A model generated the notes under the pieces. It made no database searches and was not told where the DNA came from. It saw nothing but the letters and a program-made list of their open reading frames with translations. From an uncultured Verrucomicrobiales bacterium (GTDB lineage Bacteria; Verrucomicrobiota; Verrucomicrobiia; Verrucomicrobiales; Akkermansiaceae): a stretch of DNA of 64,000 nucleotides. The DNA lies in contig CASICJ010000020.1 in the NCBI GenBank assembly GCA_949373085.1, positions 11,657 through 75,656 on the forward strand, read 5' to 3'. The translations under genes were made by a program, and so were the position numbers. Positions 28,123-38,259 of the stretch are shown in pieces (position 1 is the first letter of the stretch; each line of letters starts with the position of its first letter).

Positions 28123-31100
28123 CTAATTCTCAACCACCCTGAGACGCAGGAATTGCTTCGTGACCTCAGAAACCGGAACGGGAACCCGAAAGGTACGCCT
28201 AACACTGCCATTCCCATTCGAGACTACCGGTAAAATCTCCTTAATATCGACAGAACTAGAAGACCAATCGGTGAGATTTGAGGAGGCCTCGACTACTCCT
28301 ACCAGGTCTCTCTGACCAAGGACCTGAGAGAAACTAAAGGTGAGATAATCTTCACCATTCGCATCCGTAATTGATACCCGGGGGCCGCGAACTACCGCAT
28401 CATTTTTCCCGGGAAGTGAACCAAGGAAGAACTCAACAAGATTAGGAAGACCATCACCATCAGGATCATCTAAAGGTCCTGAGGCTTGCTCGGCAGTAAA
28501 GACATAACTTTGCCAAGAGGCGTAAGCCAAAGATCGTAGCAAGCCTCCGGGGAGCCCGCCGACTTGCGCAGAGCCAGCCCAACTTGCAGCAAGTGTGTGA
28601 TCGGGGTTTAAAGATGGATTGAGGAGGACCAATGAGATTCCCTCGCCATCTGCACAACCCGGCCAAGGTTCTGCATCGTCATAGCTGAAACTCTTTACGA
28701 CACTGGCAGAGGTCTCCACTACGACTTGCTCTCCACCATTGGAAAGCCCACCACCATATTGACCAGCCACTAAAGACTCAAATCCATTCCCATAACGTTG
28801 CCTGAAGGCTTCGAGGCTTCGAACCAAAATGACCGAAGAGTCTGGTGCAAGCGAAGTGACAAACCCGTCGGCAAAGCTAAAACTGATCCCATCAGTGAAG
28901 GAAAGATCTGTGAGATCAATTGTCTGCTTGCCAATATTTTGTAACTCAATGAATTCAAAATCGTCAGGATCGGAGAACCCCGCCGCAAGCTCATCAGTAT
29001 TCGGTGGAGCCGGATGATAATGAATCTCGGATACAACGAGGTTTGAGGAATCAGGCTGAATTAGGCCAACCTTGAACTGGGCCTCGGTAAGCGCGCTCCA
29101 TTCTCCTCCCGGACTACGGAGTCGAGATTTTACGGTCACCACAGATTGAGGCAGCGAAACGGGAGCAGAATAGGTGAGAGCTCCATCAGCTACCATATTC
29201 CCAAACCGACGGGGATCCGAACCATCGAGAGTATAGAAGATGGTGCCAGGCCCTCCAGAAATCCTAACCTGAAAGCTACCACCAACCTCTCCGCCATACT
29301 GGTTATAACTAGGAGGCTCGGTGTTCGGCCAATATCCAGCATCGCGGAAATACTCATTATTTGGCCCTAGAAGATAACTCCGGCGAGACGTCCCCGAAGC
29401 AGTCCAGTATCGCCAAAATTCGGTATCCACCGACTGGTTAGAACGTTCATCAAGCAGCGGCGAAAACTCAGAAATCGCGGTATCAATCACTTCTCTAATC
29501 CGAGAATTATTTGGCAAGGAATCGTCAAGTGTTCCGCGGTTAAAGAAGTGCTTATGAATACGATCAGCAAGAATGAGACGGAACTCCGGCCAACGCTCCA
29601 GTCGTTGGAAAATCCGAGAGGTTGAGTCAGTTCTTAAAAGTAAATCCTCAGAGATCGTATTAAAATTCACCGGCTTGTTGCTATTGCTATTACCGGTTCG
29701 ACGTGGATGTCCAAAGGCCCCCTCAGCATCCCAGACATAGAAGCGATATCGTCCATCGAGCGAACGCTCACGAGCCGAGGCCCAATTATTATTTGGCCAA
29801 TCCCAGGTCGCACCATAAATATTGAGTAAGAAATAATCAGCCATTGCGATGGGATCAACAAGCTCCATCGCCCTTTCCCAATTACTTCGACTATTTACGT
29901 TGGATGCCTGAAGCCGGTTATTGAGAGTATTCCAGGCGGCATTATCGCCTTCGGCAAGCCCTCCGTCGGCGTTACCCGCTTGACGGATATCCCACTGGCC
30001 CGATCCTGGGTAGTGAGATTGAAAAAATGGCTCCCGTAATCTCTCGCAGGTATTGTAAAATCCTTTCCACTCGCCGTTTAAATAGAGGCTATTGAAAATA
30101 CCACGTGATCCGACATTCCCCATATCAATAAAAAGACGGCGCATCACCTCGTCCTTGATATAGGGGTTGTTAATATCATTCTTTCCAGCCCGCGGACGCA
30201 GTTGCTCGAAAGTATCAACCGGGTAGTCTTCTCCAAAGATCGGAAAAGTCACCGAAGAGTCCTCATACTCGTCACGGAAATAAATATTAAACGATGGCTT
30301 GTCCCGCGAGTTCGTTGACCACGGTGAGTTTTCAATCCCATTAAAAGTCATGCGGGGCCGAGAATAATTACTTGCAGCCATACGAAGACCTGCATCTTCA
30401 CGAAAGCCCATCGTCGAGTTTGCAGCATAGAACTCGATAAATGCTGGCCGTTCAAAGGCACGACCACGTTCAAGTGCCATATTATAGTCGCTCTTCTGAA
30501 CTACCTCCCATTTTTTATCGACATAACGCCCACCATCAATCGAGAGGACCCCATAGGGTTTAGTGAAAGAACGTTCAGTATCGGCAGTGAACAACATTGC
30601 CGGGGCCTTAGTGATGTTAGAACTCTGACCAACAAGAAAACTCCCGCATTTAATCTTAGATGGAATCGCTCCATCCAAAAACGCACGGGCACGGATACTG
30701 TGCCCAGTTCGCGGATTAATCTGCGAGAGGGATAGAGGGGCGACATAATCAATGCCATTTTTAAGCGTAGGCTCGGTCCCATCAGTCGTGTAACGAATCG
30801 TCGCGCCGGGAGTGGAAGTGGTGATTCCCAAGGTTACTGATCTGGCATGAAAACCACTTGGGGTATCGAAGTCTGGTTTTCCCACAACACCTGCATACGC
30901 AGGGCCGCCATTCGCCGCACCAGGCGATGGCTCAGAGAGATATGCGTAGCCCCCTCCGCCAGAAAGTAAACCGAGAGAATAAAAATCAAGCTGGCGAGGG
31001 AAGCCCCCAGCAAACTCAGTCTGCAGCACTCCAGAATCATCAACCAAGGCAAGATATTCCCCACCGGCATCCAATTTAAAATTCGCATGTAAATAGACTG

Positions 31101-33447
31101 GGGAAATTCCAGCGATGTCGAGATCGTCCGCCAATACGAGGAGATATCCTCCTGCTGGAATAGTCGTACCCGGAGGGAAACTCCATTTCTGCAAATCGGT
31201 CTCATTGTCGCTAAGGGACCACCCGGTCAGATCAACCACCGAGGCCCCGTTATTTGATAGCTCGATCCAATCCACAAATTCAGCCCGCATCTCTTCGACT
31301 GGCGCCGCCGGCTCAAAGACTCCTCCAGACGGCTCACCGATCCCAGCTTGATAGCGCCAAATTTGATTATTCTTCACGAGATCGCCACTCGCTCCGCCTT
31401 GGGTGTAGTCAACCTGAAAAGAATCGAGAGAAATCGTCCGACCTGCCTCCGAGTAACTCTCTTCACGAACCCGCAAACCCGGAGTAAAGGCAGTCAGATT
31501 ATTGGAATTCAAATAATTAATAAGAGCGGTTTGCTCATCAACATCACCCTTCGCCAGATCGATTTCGTAAGTGGCCCAAGCTCCCGGATCATTATCGACA
31601 ACTCGAAGGAATTCATCTTGATCGAGGGGGCGCCCAGTGTAACGAATTTCGTCGATCAAGACCCCGTAGTTTCCTCCAAATTTTCCAAATTCAATTGCCG
31701 AAGAAGGATGGGCATATCCACTCTCATCGTTGTCGACAAGAGCTCGAGTTTGCATGAGTTCATAGTCAAAGTAAAATTTAACTACCCCGCTATTTTCATC
31801 AAGAGATAAGGCGACATGATGCCACTCCGGACGATCATTAAACCCATTTCCATCGCGCGACCAATCGGAAGGGTCATTGTAGCTGGAAACCAAACCATTA
31901 CCCGAGTCGGTATCAACCCAGATTCTTCTCTCAGCTGGAACCGACGACCCACCAGTTGGCCCAAGAACAAAGTTAGCATTGTCACCGTCTGGCGTATCAA
32001 GGCGGGAACGCATTCTTCCAAATGCTCCGGCATTACCATGATCAAAATCGATCTGCCACCGTGAATTACTGCCAGCATTACGACGTAGAAAAGTATGGTA
32101 ACCAGCCGGCTCTCCATTAATTTTGACGAACATCTCTATCGTGAAAGAAGTGTTAAAAGCACTATTGTTTGGCACCGAAAGGCGACGATTTGAGGCCGAT
32201 ACGTCCATCGAGAATTGGTTGCTTCTTGCGGCATTCGCGAGCGGATCAAAAATGATCGTTCCGGGGACATCATTTGAGTAGGTGCCACCTCCGCGGCTGG
32301 TTGGTATCGCATTAAATCCATTGCTGCTAGAATCATTGGCGACCAACACGACCGCTCCATTACTTGCTACTCCATCATCAAAACGCCAGTAGCCAAGAGT
32401 CTCGTCACTAGAAGCTGCAACCACAGGAAATCCGGATGCCGAAATAAGTCCATCGCCTGACTCAGCGACGAAGTCAAAGACGGTCCCCGGTGACCCCTGA
32501 TATAAAAATGAGATTCGCGTCTCATTCAAATTTAAAGCAGTGATCGCTCCAGTTGTCCAATGAGCAGACATGTCAACCGGAGGAAATAGCAAGGTCGCTT
32601 CATCTTCGGTTCCCCGGCCAGATAGAGTGTAGGTAATCGCCCCATCACCATTCTCACCCGCTCCAGGATCAGAGAGAACTCCTACTTTAAAATCCGTCCA
32701 ATTACTTCCACTCCGAACTGAGGGCGACTGATCAAGCCATCCTCCTGACCTGAGATTCCCTGTTGTAATATTCGAAATTAATCCTCCGCTATTTGTATGG
32801 GTAATAGAGCTCCCATTAGCACTCGAGAAATCCTTGGATACGATATTAATCAAACTGATTCCGGCATCAATACGGAGCGCTCCATCGAAAAACAAAGACG
32901 AGTCAGGGTCGCGATTCACCACCTGCACCGCGATCGTATTCTCTCCTTCCACCAATAGATCCGAGGCCCTTCCAAGATTCAAACCTGTGGGGTTCCCTTC
33001 CGTCGCATCTTCATTGAATGCGATCTGGTCGGAATAAATAAACATTCCCGGAGCACCAAGATTACACCGGACCGCCTCTTTCCCATTAATAAGAACAATA
33101 ATTCCGTCATCAAACTCTGTCGTTAAAATCAGATCAGCCAACGAAGCGGCCTGACCCGCAGATACCGTAAAGGTATGTCGCAAATACAGCGATGGGGTCT
33201 TACCCTTAAGATCGGAAGCCAAATTGGTAGAGACGCGGCCATACCCAAAACCAAAGGGGGCTGATCCAGAGAGCCATTTTGAGTCGTTAAAATCGGATGA
33301 AAACCACGGTATACCCGCGCCGAGACTGGGTTGTCCGAGCTGAGAAAACTTCAGAAGTCTATCTGACGAAGCACCACTTATTTCGCTAATCACGACATCG
33401 CCGTAAACAAATGAAGGATAAAGGAGCAAAAGAGGGATAAATTTCAT
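28123..33447 (-). CDS. Giant secreted LTD / LamG / CotH kinase-like protein, paralogous in architecture to 10258-14793
   Basis: Signal peptide. N-terminal beta-sandwich (EFDDGIIVLINGKEAVR..NTIAVQV). LamG-like region (EWHHVALS). Internal LTD (FVDWIELSNNG..VDLTGWSL). Two TDGT/SDP chitobiase-C-like modules. CotH blocks (KPSFNIYF, RFYVWDAEGAFG). A second LTD (VVSEIHYHP..FEFIELQNIG). A DPDGDGLPN Ca-binding-like motif. Confidence 0.8.
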   Translation of the reverse strand: MKFIPLLLLYPSFVYGDVVISEISGASSDRLLKFSQLGQPSLGAGIPWFSSDFNDSKWLSGSAPFGFGYGRVSTNLASDLKGKTPSLYLRHTFTVSAGQAASLADLILTTEFDDGIIVLINGKEAVRCNLGAPGMFIYSDQIAFNEDATEGNPTGLNLGRASDLLVEGENTIAVQVVNRDPDSSLFFDGALRIDAGISLINIVSKDFSSANGSSITHTNSGGLISNITTGNLRSGGWLDQSPSVRSGSNWTDFKVGVLSDPGAGENGDGAITYTLSGRGTEDEATLLFPPVDMSAHWTTGAITALNLNETRISFLYQGSPGTVFDFVAESGDGLISASGFPVVAASSDETLGYWRFDDGVASNGAVVLVANDSSSNGFNAIPTSRGGGTYSNDVPGTIIFDPLANAARSNQFSMDVSASNRRLSVPNNSAFNTSFTIEMFVKINGEPAGYHTFLRRNAGSNSRWQIDFDHGNAGAFGRMRSRLDTPDGDNANFVLGPTGGSSVPAERRIWVDTDSGNGLVSSYNDPSDWSRDGNGFNDRPEWHHVALSLDENSGVVKFYFDYELMQTRALVDNDESGYAHPSSAIEFGKFGGNYGVLIDEIRYTGRPLDQDEFLRVVDNDPGAWATYEIDLAKGDVDEQTALINYLNSNNLTAFTPGLRVREESYSEAGRTISLDSFQVDYTQGGASGDLVKNNQIWRYQAGIGEPSGGVFEPAAPVEEMRAEFVDWIELSNNGASVVDLTGWSLSDNETDLQKWSFPPGTTIPAGGYLLVLADDLDIAGISPVYLHANFKLDAGGEYLALVDDSGVLQTEFAGGFPRQLDFYSLGLLSGGGGYAYLSEPSPGAANGGPAYAGVVGKPDFDTPSGFHARSVTLGITTSTPGATIRYTTDGTEPTLKNGIDYVAPLSLSQINPRTGHSIRARAFLDGAIPSKIKCGSFLVGQSSNITKAPAMLFTADTERSFTKPYGVLSIDGGRYVDKKWEVVQKSDYNMALERGRAFERPAFIEFYAANSTMGFREDAGLRMAASNYSRPRMTFNGIENSPWSTNSRDKPSFNIYFRDEYEDSSVTFPIFGEDYPVDTFEQLRPRAGKNDINNPYIKDEVMRRLFIDMGNVGSRGIFNSLYLNGEWKGFYNTCERLREPFFQSHYPGSGQWDIRQAGNADGGLAEGDNAAWNTLNNRLQASNVNSRSNWERAMELVDPIAMADYFLLNIYGATWDWPNNNWASARERSLDGRYRFYVWDAEGAFGHPRRTGNSNSNKPVNFNTISEDLLLRTDSTSRIFQRLERWPEFRLILADRIHKHFFNRGTLDDSLPNNSRIREVIDTAISEFSPLLDERSNQSVDTEFWRYWTASGTSRRSYLLGPNNEYFRDAGYWPNTEPPSYNQYGGEVGGSFQVRISGGPGTIFYTLDGSDPRRFGNMVADGALTYSAPVSLPQSVVTVKSRLRSPGGEWSALTEAQFKVGLIQPDSSNLVVSEIHYHPAPPNTDELAAGFSDPDDFEFIELQNIGKQTIDLTDLSFTDGISFSFADGFVTSLAPDSSVILVRSLEAFRQRYGNGFESLVAGQYGGGLSNGGEQVVVETSASVVKSFSYDDAEPWPGCADGEGISLVLLNPSLNPDHTLAASWAGSAQVGGLPGGLLRSLAYASWQSYVFTAEQASGPLDDPDGDGLPNLVEFFLGSLPGKNDAVVRGPRVSITDANGEDYLTFSFSQVLGQRDLVGVVEASSNLTDWSSSSVDIKEILPVVSNGNGSVRRTFRVPVPVSEVTKQFLRLRVVEN

Positions 33448-33548
33448 AATAATACTCGGGAGGCGCCTTAGTAGAAAATGTCAGGTGATGCTTACATAAA
33501 CAACGCCCCCCGATTCGGAGATTCCTCCTTTCTTAGGTGATTCGGAGT

Positions 33549-34205
33549 TTACTTAATCTCCTTTATCTCGAGCTTGCGATACCAAACCTTATCGTTGTGG
33601 TCTTGCAAAAAGATCCGGCCACTTTGATTGTGTGCGAAATTTTCCTTGCCCTTAAACTTTGATTGCTTGTGAGCCTCTTTCCAGCGGTCGCTACCCACAA
33701 CGATCTCAACGACGAGCTCGCCATTGAGATAGTGCTTAAGATGCTTCCCCTTAGCGACTACCCGTGAGGAATTCCACTCACCCACCGGATTCAGCTTCTT
33801 TTTATCATTCGGGGCCAGAAAATCATAAAGCGACGATGCCTGCCGCTTCTTACTCTTCGCACCATCTGGGTGAGCATCATCAAGCACCTGATATTCCGGT
33901 CCCAGATTCGTTGAACCATATTTCGTAACACGATACTTCACCCCGCTATTGCCCTTGGAAGAAATCTTCCACTCCCAGCGAAATTCAAAGTCGGCATATT
34001 CCTTCGCAGTGTAGAGATCTCCTCCCTTTGCTTTCCGATACAATACCCCATCTTTTGCTAGCCAGCCCCCCTCCTTGACCTCTCCACCATTTGAGTTGGT
34101 CCAGCCTTTGAGAGTTTCTCCGTCAAAAATTGAAACCCATTCCTCTTCTGCCTTAGAAGCGGCAGCTAGGACCGAAAAAGCCATCGTGTATGCTAGTATT
34201 TTCAT
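33549..34205 (-). CDS. DUF1080 (3-keto-disaccharide hydrolase family) protein
   Basis: Signal peptide. W..F.G..L.GW near the N-terminus. NSG.KYR, EYQVLDD, and a C-terminal IFLQDHNDKVWYRKLEIKE. The ATG at 34205 is preferred over the TTG at 34217. Confidence 0.85.
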   Translation of the reverse strand: MKILAYTMAFSVLAAASKAEEEWVSIFDGETLKGWTNSNGGEVKEGGWLAKDGVLYRKAKGGDLYTAKEYADFEFRWEWKISSKGNSGVKYRVTKYGSTNLGPEYQVLDDAHPDGAKSKKRQASSLYDFLAPNDKKKLNPVGEWNSSRVVAKGKHLKHYLNGELVVEIVVGSDRWKEAHKQSKFKGKENFAHNQSGRIFLQDHNDKVWYRKLEIKEIK

Positions 34206-34291
34206 AGTGCGATTCAAAACGGTCCAAAACTGCGTGAAATTTCACCCATTCCTGAACTTGCGTATCAGAAAATCAAGACGATCTGTTAGAA

Positions 34292-35524
34292 ATGATAAAA
34301 AGAGTCCTCACCTTACTCATCCTAGGGATGTCCTTTCTTTCTGCCGCAGACTGGACCCAGTGGCGTGGGCCGACCCGCGACGGTAAAATCTCCAAAAAAG
34401 CCGCTCCTTGGCCCAAATCACTGTCAAACGAGAACCTTAAACTTATTTGGTCCGTTGATCTTGCCGAAGGATACTCCAGCCCCATCGTCGCTGGTTCCAA
34501 GGTTTTTACCGTTGAGACTAAAGACAAAAAGTCCGAGATCGTTAGAGCTTTTGACCGAAAAACTGGGAAACAAATCTGGGACAATGATTGGGCAGGCTCG
34601 ATGCGAGTTCCATTTTACGCTGCGAAGAATGGCTCATGGGTTCGCTCTACTCCTGCCACTGACGGTAAAACTCTCTTCGTCGGAGGAATGCGTGATATCC
34701 TCGTTGCGATCGATGTCGAAACTGGAAAAGAAAAATGGCGCCGCGACTACCCATCCGAGGAAAAGACTCCACTCCCTTCTTTCGGATTTGTTTCCTCCCC
34801 TCTACTCGATAAGGACCACATCTACGTGCAGGTGGGCACCGCCATGCGAAAAATCAAAAAGAATGATGGTAAGACCGTCTGGCAATCTCTTGCTGACGAG
34901 CGAGCCATGTTCGGCAGCGCTTTTTCCTCACCATTTCGCGCCACCATTCAGGGGGTTGATCAGATCCTTGTGCAAACCCGGAGCACCCTCAGCGGGATTC
35001 TTCCTTCAAATGGAAAAGCGGTTTGGACCATGCCCGTTAAGGCTTTCCGTGGCATGAACATTCTCCCACCAACCCCCTTGGGCGACAAAATTTTCACCGC
35101 AACCTACGGTGGAGGTTCATTCCTCTACGATATCTCTAAGAAAGACAAGTTCCTCGCCGCAACTCAACTCTGGAACGACTCGAAGCGCGAAGGTTATATG
35201 TCCTCACCTGTTGTCATTGATGGAAAAATTTACCTCCACGGACGCGACAAGCGCTTCCACTGCCTCGATCCTAAGAGTGGTAAAACGCTCTGGAGCTCAG
35301 GTGATAAATTTGGCGAATACTGTTCTATGGTCACCCAAGGCAACCACATTCTCGCCCTCGATCAGCGCGGGATCCTCCTCCACATCGATGCCAATTCCAA
35401 AAGCTTCGAACTCCTCTCCGAAGTGAAATTAGAAACCCCCTCCACTTGGGCTCACCTGGCGGTCTGCGGCGACGAACTCTACGTCCGCCACCTAAAAGGC
35501 CTCAATGTCTATCGTTGGAAATAA
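34292..35524 (+). CDS. PQQ-like beta-propeller repeat protein
   Basis: Signal peptide, then DWTQWRGP.RDG. Repeated ...G..vf....d..v.A.D..tGk..W propeller blades. Confidence 0.8.
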   Translation: MIKRVLTLLILGMSFLSAADWTQWRGPTRDGKISKKAAPWPKSLSNENLKLIWSVDLAEGYSSPIVAGSKVFTVETKDKKSEIVRAFDRKTGKQIWDNDWAGSMRVPFYAAKNGSWVRSTPATDGKTLFVGGMRDILVAIDVETGKEKWRRDYPSEEKTPLPSFGFVSSPLLDKDHIYVQVGTAMRKIKKNDGKTVWQSLADERAMFGSAFSSPFRATIQGVDQILVQTRSTLSGILPSNGKAVWTMPVKAFRGMNILPPTPLGDKIFTATYGGGSFLYDISKKDKFLAATQLWNDSKREGYMSSPVVIDGKIYLHGRDKRFHCLDPKSGKTLWSSGDKFGEYCSMVTQGNHILALDQRGILLHIDANSKSFELLSEVKLETPSTWAHLAVCGDELYVRHLKGLNVYRWK

Positions 35525-35527
35525 AAC

Positions 35528-36394
35528 TTACTTGGGTAAATTGGATGCGGGCTTGGGAACCGATTCGGTCTCAACATCGGTATCCCCGAGGATATAGCGG
35601 AATCCTTCCACCCACATTTTGAGAATCTCGGGATTGTAAAAAACTTCTTTGTTGTGACCAAAGGCGCTCACGAAGACACGCCCTTCACCATACTTTTTCA
35701 CCCATGCGAGAGCGTAATCATTATCCTCACGGGGGCCCTTCCTCGTCCCATTGACTTCACTCTTCATATCTAGCGCCATCAAGACTCGCTGATCGCCACG
35801 GTCAAAGTCGTTATACACGTAGAGCTCGTCCTTTAACTTAAATCCTTTACCGCCGTGAACGTCCTTCACGATGGGGTGTTTCGGATCTTCGTTAGAAATA
35901 TCCCACGTTCCGCCTGCTCCCCAAGGATGACCCCGGAAGTTGCCACCAATCATATCAATATACTCAGGCCATCCTCCATCAGTCGCCGAATGAATCGCGA
36001 AAATTCCGCCGCCATTCTTAACGTAAGCAATCAGTGACTTCCGAAGTGCCTCATCCTTCATCCCCTTCTGGATGTGGGTATTGTTGTTAAAACAAATCGC
36101 ATCAAACTTCTTAATGTTTTCCGGCGCGAAATTCGAAAGTTCGTCTGAAAACGTCACTTCAAAAAGTCCCGTCTCTTGACCCATTACACGCAGCATTGTT
36201 TCGCCAATTTCAATCGAATTGTGCCGAAAGCCAAAAGGCTTCGAGAAACAGAGAATTTGGTGCTTAGTTTTCGACTTTTCGACCTTAGGTAAATTGGCTT
36301 GAACTAAATCCGCCTCGGACATTGGATCTACCTTAGCCGCATAGACGCCAAGACCAATAATTGGGAGTAGAGCAAGGGAAAGAGAATTCTTCAT
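35528..36394 (-). CDS. ThuA (trehalose-utilisation) domain protein
   Basis: Signal peptide. ThuA blocks: GGGIFAIHSAT, GHPWG, and W.KKYGEGRVFVSAFGHN. Confidence 0.85.
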   Translation of the reverse strand: MKNSLSLALLPIIGLGVYAAKVDPMSEADLVQANLPKVEKSKTKHQILCFSKPFGFRHNSIEIGETMLRVMGQETGLFEVTFSDELSNFAPENIKKFDAICFNNNTHIQKGMKDEALRKSLIAYVKNGGGIFAIHSATDGGWPEYIDMIGGNFRGHPWGAGGTWDISNEDPKHPIVKDVHGGKGFKLKDELYVYNDFDRGDQRVLMALDMKSEVNGTRKGPREDNDYALAWVKKYGEGRVFVSAFGHNKEVFYNPEILKMWVEGFRYILGDTDVETESVPKPASNLPK

Positions 36395-36712
36395 AGGAAA
36401 GAATTACCTGGTCTCCCGCCACTTTCTTTCGTCTTGGCATCTGAGCTCAGCCTTCGACTCCCCAAAAGAGCACCTCCGGAGAATGAAAACAACCAAGATA
36501 TCTAGGCGCATGGTAACCAAGCCCCTAGTTCTCTAATCCAGATACCCCAAACCTTGAACCAGGTTCGCCCGAGGGCCTCCCTGATGGCTCTAAAGTCGCT
36601 AAGAAGCGTAACGAGGGCCAAACTCGCATCACACCTTAGAATTCCCAGCCAAAATCCGGGATCGGCAGGTTTAGGGTTTCAGATTTTCCGATTTCCCGTT
36701 TAAACAAAGCCC

Positions 36713-38176
36713 GTGCCAGTTTCAGACTACATCGTCACCATCGGGCTTGAGGTCCATTGCCAGATCAAAACGAACACTAAAATGTTCTGCGGATGTGAAA
36801 CCTCCTTTGCCGACGAGCCGAATACTCACACCTGCCCGACCTGCCTTGGCCTACCCGGCGCCCTTCCGGTTCTAAACGAGTTTGCTATCGAGCGTACTAT
36901 TCTTTCCGGCATGCTTCTTGGCTGCTCCACCCCGCCCACAGTGGTTTGGGATCGCAAGAACTACTTCTATCCGGACATGCCCAAAGATTACCAGATCACC
37001 CAGATGGATCTGCCCCTCTGCCTCGGCGGTGGCGTCCCACTCTACGATCATAACTACCCCAAGGATGCCCAGAAAAAGATCAAGAATCCTGGCAAGGTCG
37101 TTGAACTCAATCGCATCCACCTTGAGGAGGACGTCGCCAAGTCAACCCACCTCGCTAAAACCACTCTCATCGATTTTAATCGCGCCGGCACCCCTCTTAT
37201 GGAAATCGTCACCGAGCCTGATATCGAGTCTGCCGAAGAAACCTTCGCCTACTTAAAGTCTCTCCAACAAATTCTCATCGCTGGAGGCATCTCAGATGCC
37301 GATATGGACAAGGGCCAAATGCGTTGTGATGTAAACATCTCAGTTCGCAAAAACGAAAGCGACCCCCTTGGCACCAAGATCGAGCTCAAAAATATGAACT
37401 CCACCTCCGCCGTGCGCCGTGCCATTCATTACGAGGTTGCCCGCCAGTGCGAAGCACTCGACAATGGGGAATCTCTTGTTCAAGCCACCTGGCGGTGGGA
37501 CGAGGACCTCGGCGAAACCCAAGAAATGCGAACCAAGGAAGATGCTCACGACTATCGATACTTCCCCGACCCCGATCTCCTTCCGGTCGAAACAGCCGCC
37601 TACATCGAGAAAGTCCGCCCTCTGGTCCCCGAACTCCCCCACGAAAAATCTGCGCGCTTCCAAAAAGAACTTGGCCTGACTCCCTATGACGCCTCCGTCA
37701 TCACTTCAGATATTCAGCTCGTCTCTTATTTTGAGACCACGATCACCTTAGCCAAGACTCCAGGAAAGAAGGTAGCGAACTGGATCATCAATAATTTTCT
37801 TGGGCTTCTCAACGAAAAGTCAGTTGAGATTCAAGCCTCTCCCGTCACCCCAGCCAAGCTCTCTGACATCCTAAACCTCATCGAGGCTGGTACTGTCTCC
37901 AACAGCCAGGCCAAGGATCTCTTTGCCGCGCTCTGGAGCACACCTGAAAAAGATCCTGCTGCTTTGGCCAAGGAAATGGGGTTTGAGCCCGCCGACACCG
38001 GAGCCATTGATGCTCTCATCGACGAGGTTATTACTAACAACCCTGGCAAAGTAGCCGAGATTCAAGGAGGCAACGAGAAGCTCCTTAACTTCCTCACTGG
38101 CCAAGTTATGAAAGCTTCGAAAGGTAAAGCTAATCCAAAGATTGTTACCGAAGGTTTGAGGTCAAAGCTTCTCTAA
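36713..38176 (+). CDS. gatB: Asp/Glu-tRNA amidotransferase subunit B
   Basis: IGLEVHCQ..KMFCGC and CPTCLGLPG..P motifs, plus the GatB C-terminal domain. GTG start. Confidence 0.95.
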   Translation: MPVSDYIVTIGLEVHCQIKTNTKMFCGCETSFADEPNTHTCPTCLGLPGALPVLNEFAIERTILSGMLLGCSTPPTVVWDRKNYFYPDMPKDYQITQMDLPLCLGGGVPLYDHNYPKDAQKKIKNPGKVVELNRIHLEEDVAKSTHLAKTTLIDFNRAGTPLMEIVTEPDIESAEETFAYLKSLQQILIAGGISDADMDKGQMRCDVNISVRKNESDPLGTKIELKNMNSTSAVRRAIHYEVARQCEALDNGESLVQATWRWDEDLGETQEMRTKEDAHDYRYFPDPDLLPVETAAYIEKVRPLVPELPHEKSARFQKELGLTPYDASVITSDIQLVSYFETTITLAKTPGKKVANWIINNFLGLLNEKSVEIQASPVTPAKLSDILNLIEAGTVSNSQAKDLFAALWSTPEKDPAALAKEMGFEPADTGAIDALIDEVITNNPGKVAEIQGGNEKLLNFLTGQVMKASKGKANPKIVTEGLRSKLL

Positions 38177-38259
38177 TAATTAGGCCTTCCGTTAAGGAAT
38201 CGGGCCCTGCCTCTTTGCAGGTATTTCCTCATCCTAAACGGACACCTCTTTAAAATCGC

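Noticed and set aside
36395-36712. 318-bp non-coding spacer upstream of gatB, containing a CTGAGCTCAG palindrome (36441-36450) and a repeated CGAGGGCC octamer
   Set aside because: I looked for SRP RNA, 6S-like or riboswitch signatures and could not recognise any conserved core or a convincing extended fold by eye. A covariance-model scan (Rfam/Infernal) would be needed before calling an RNA.
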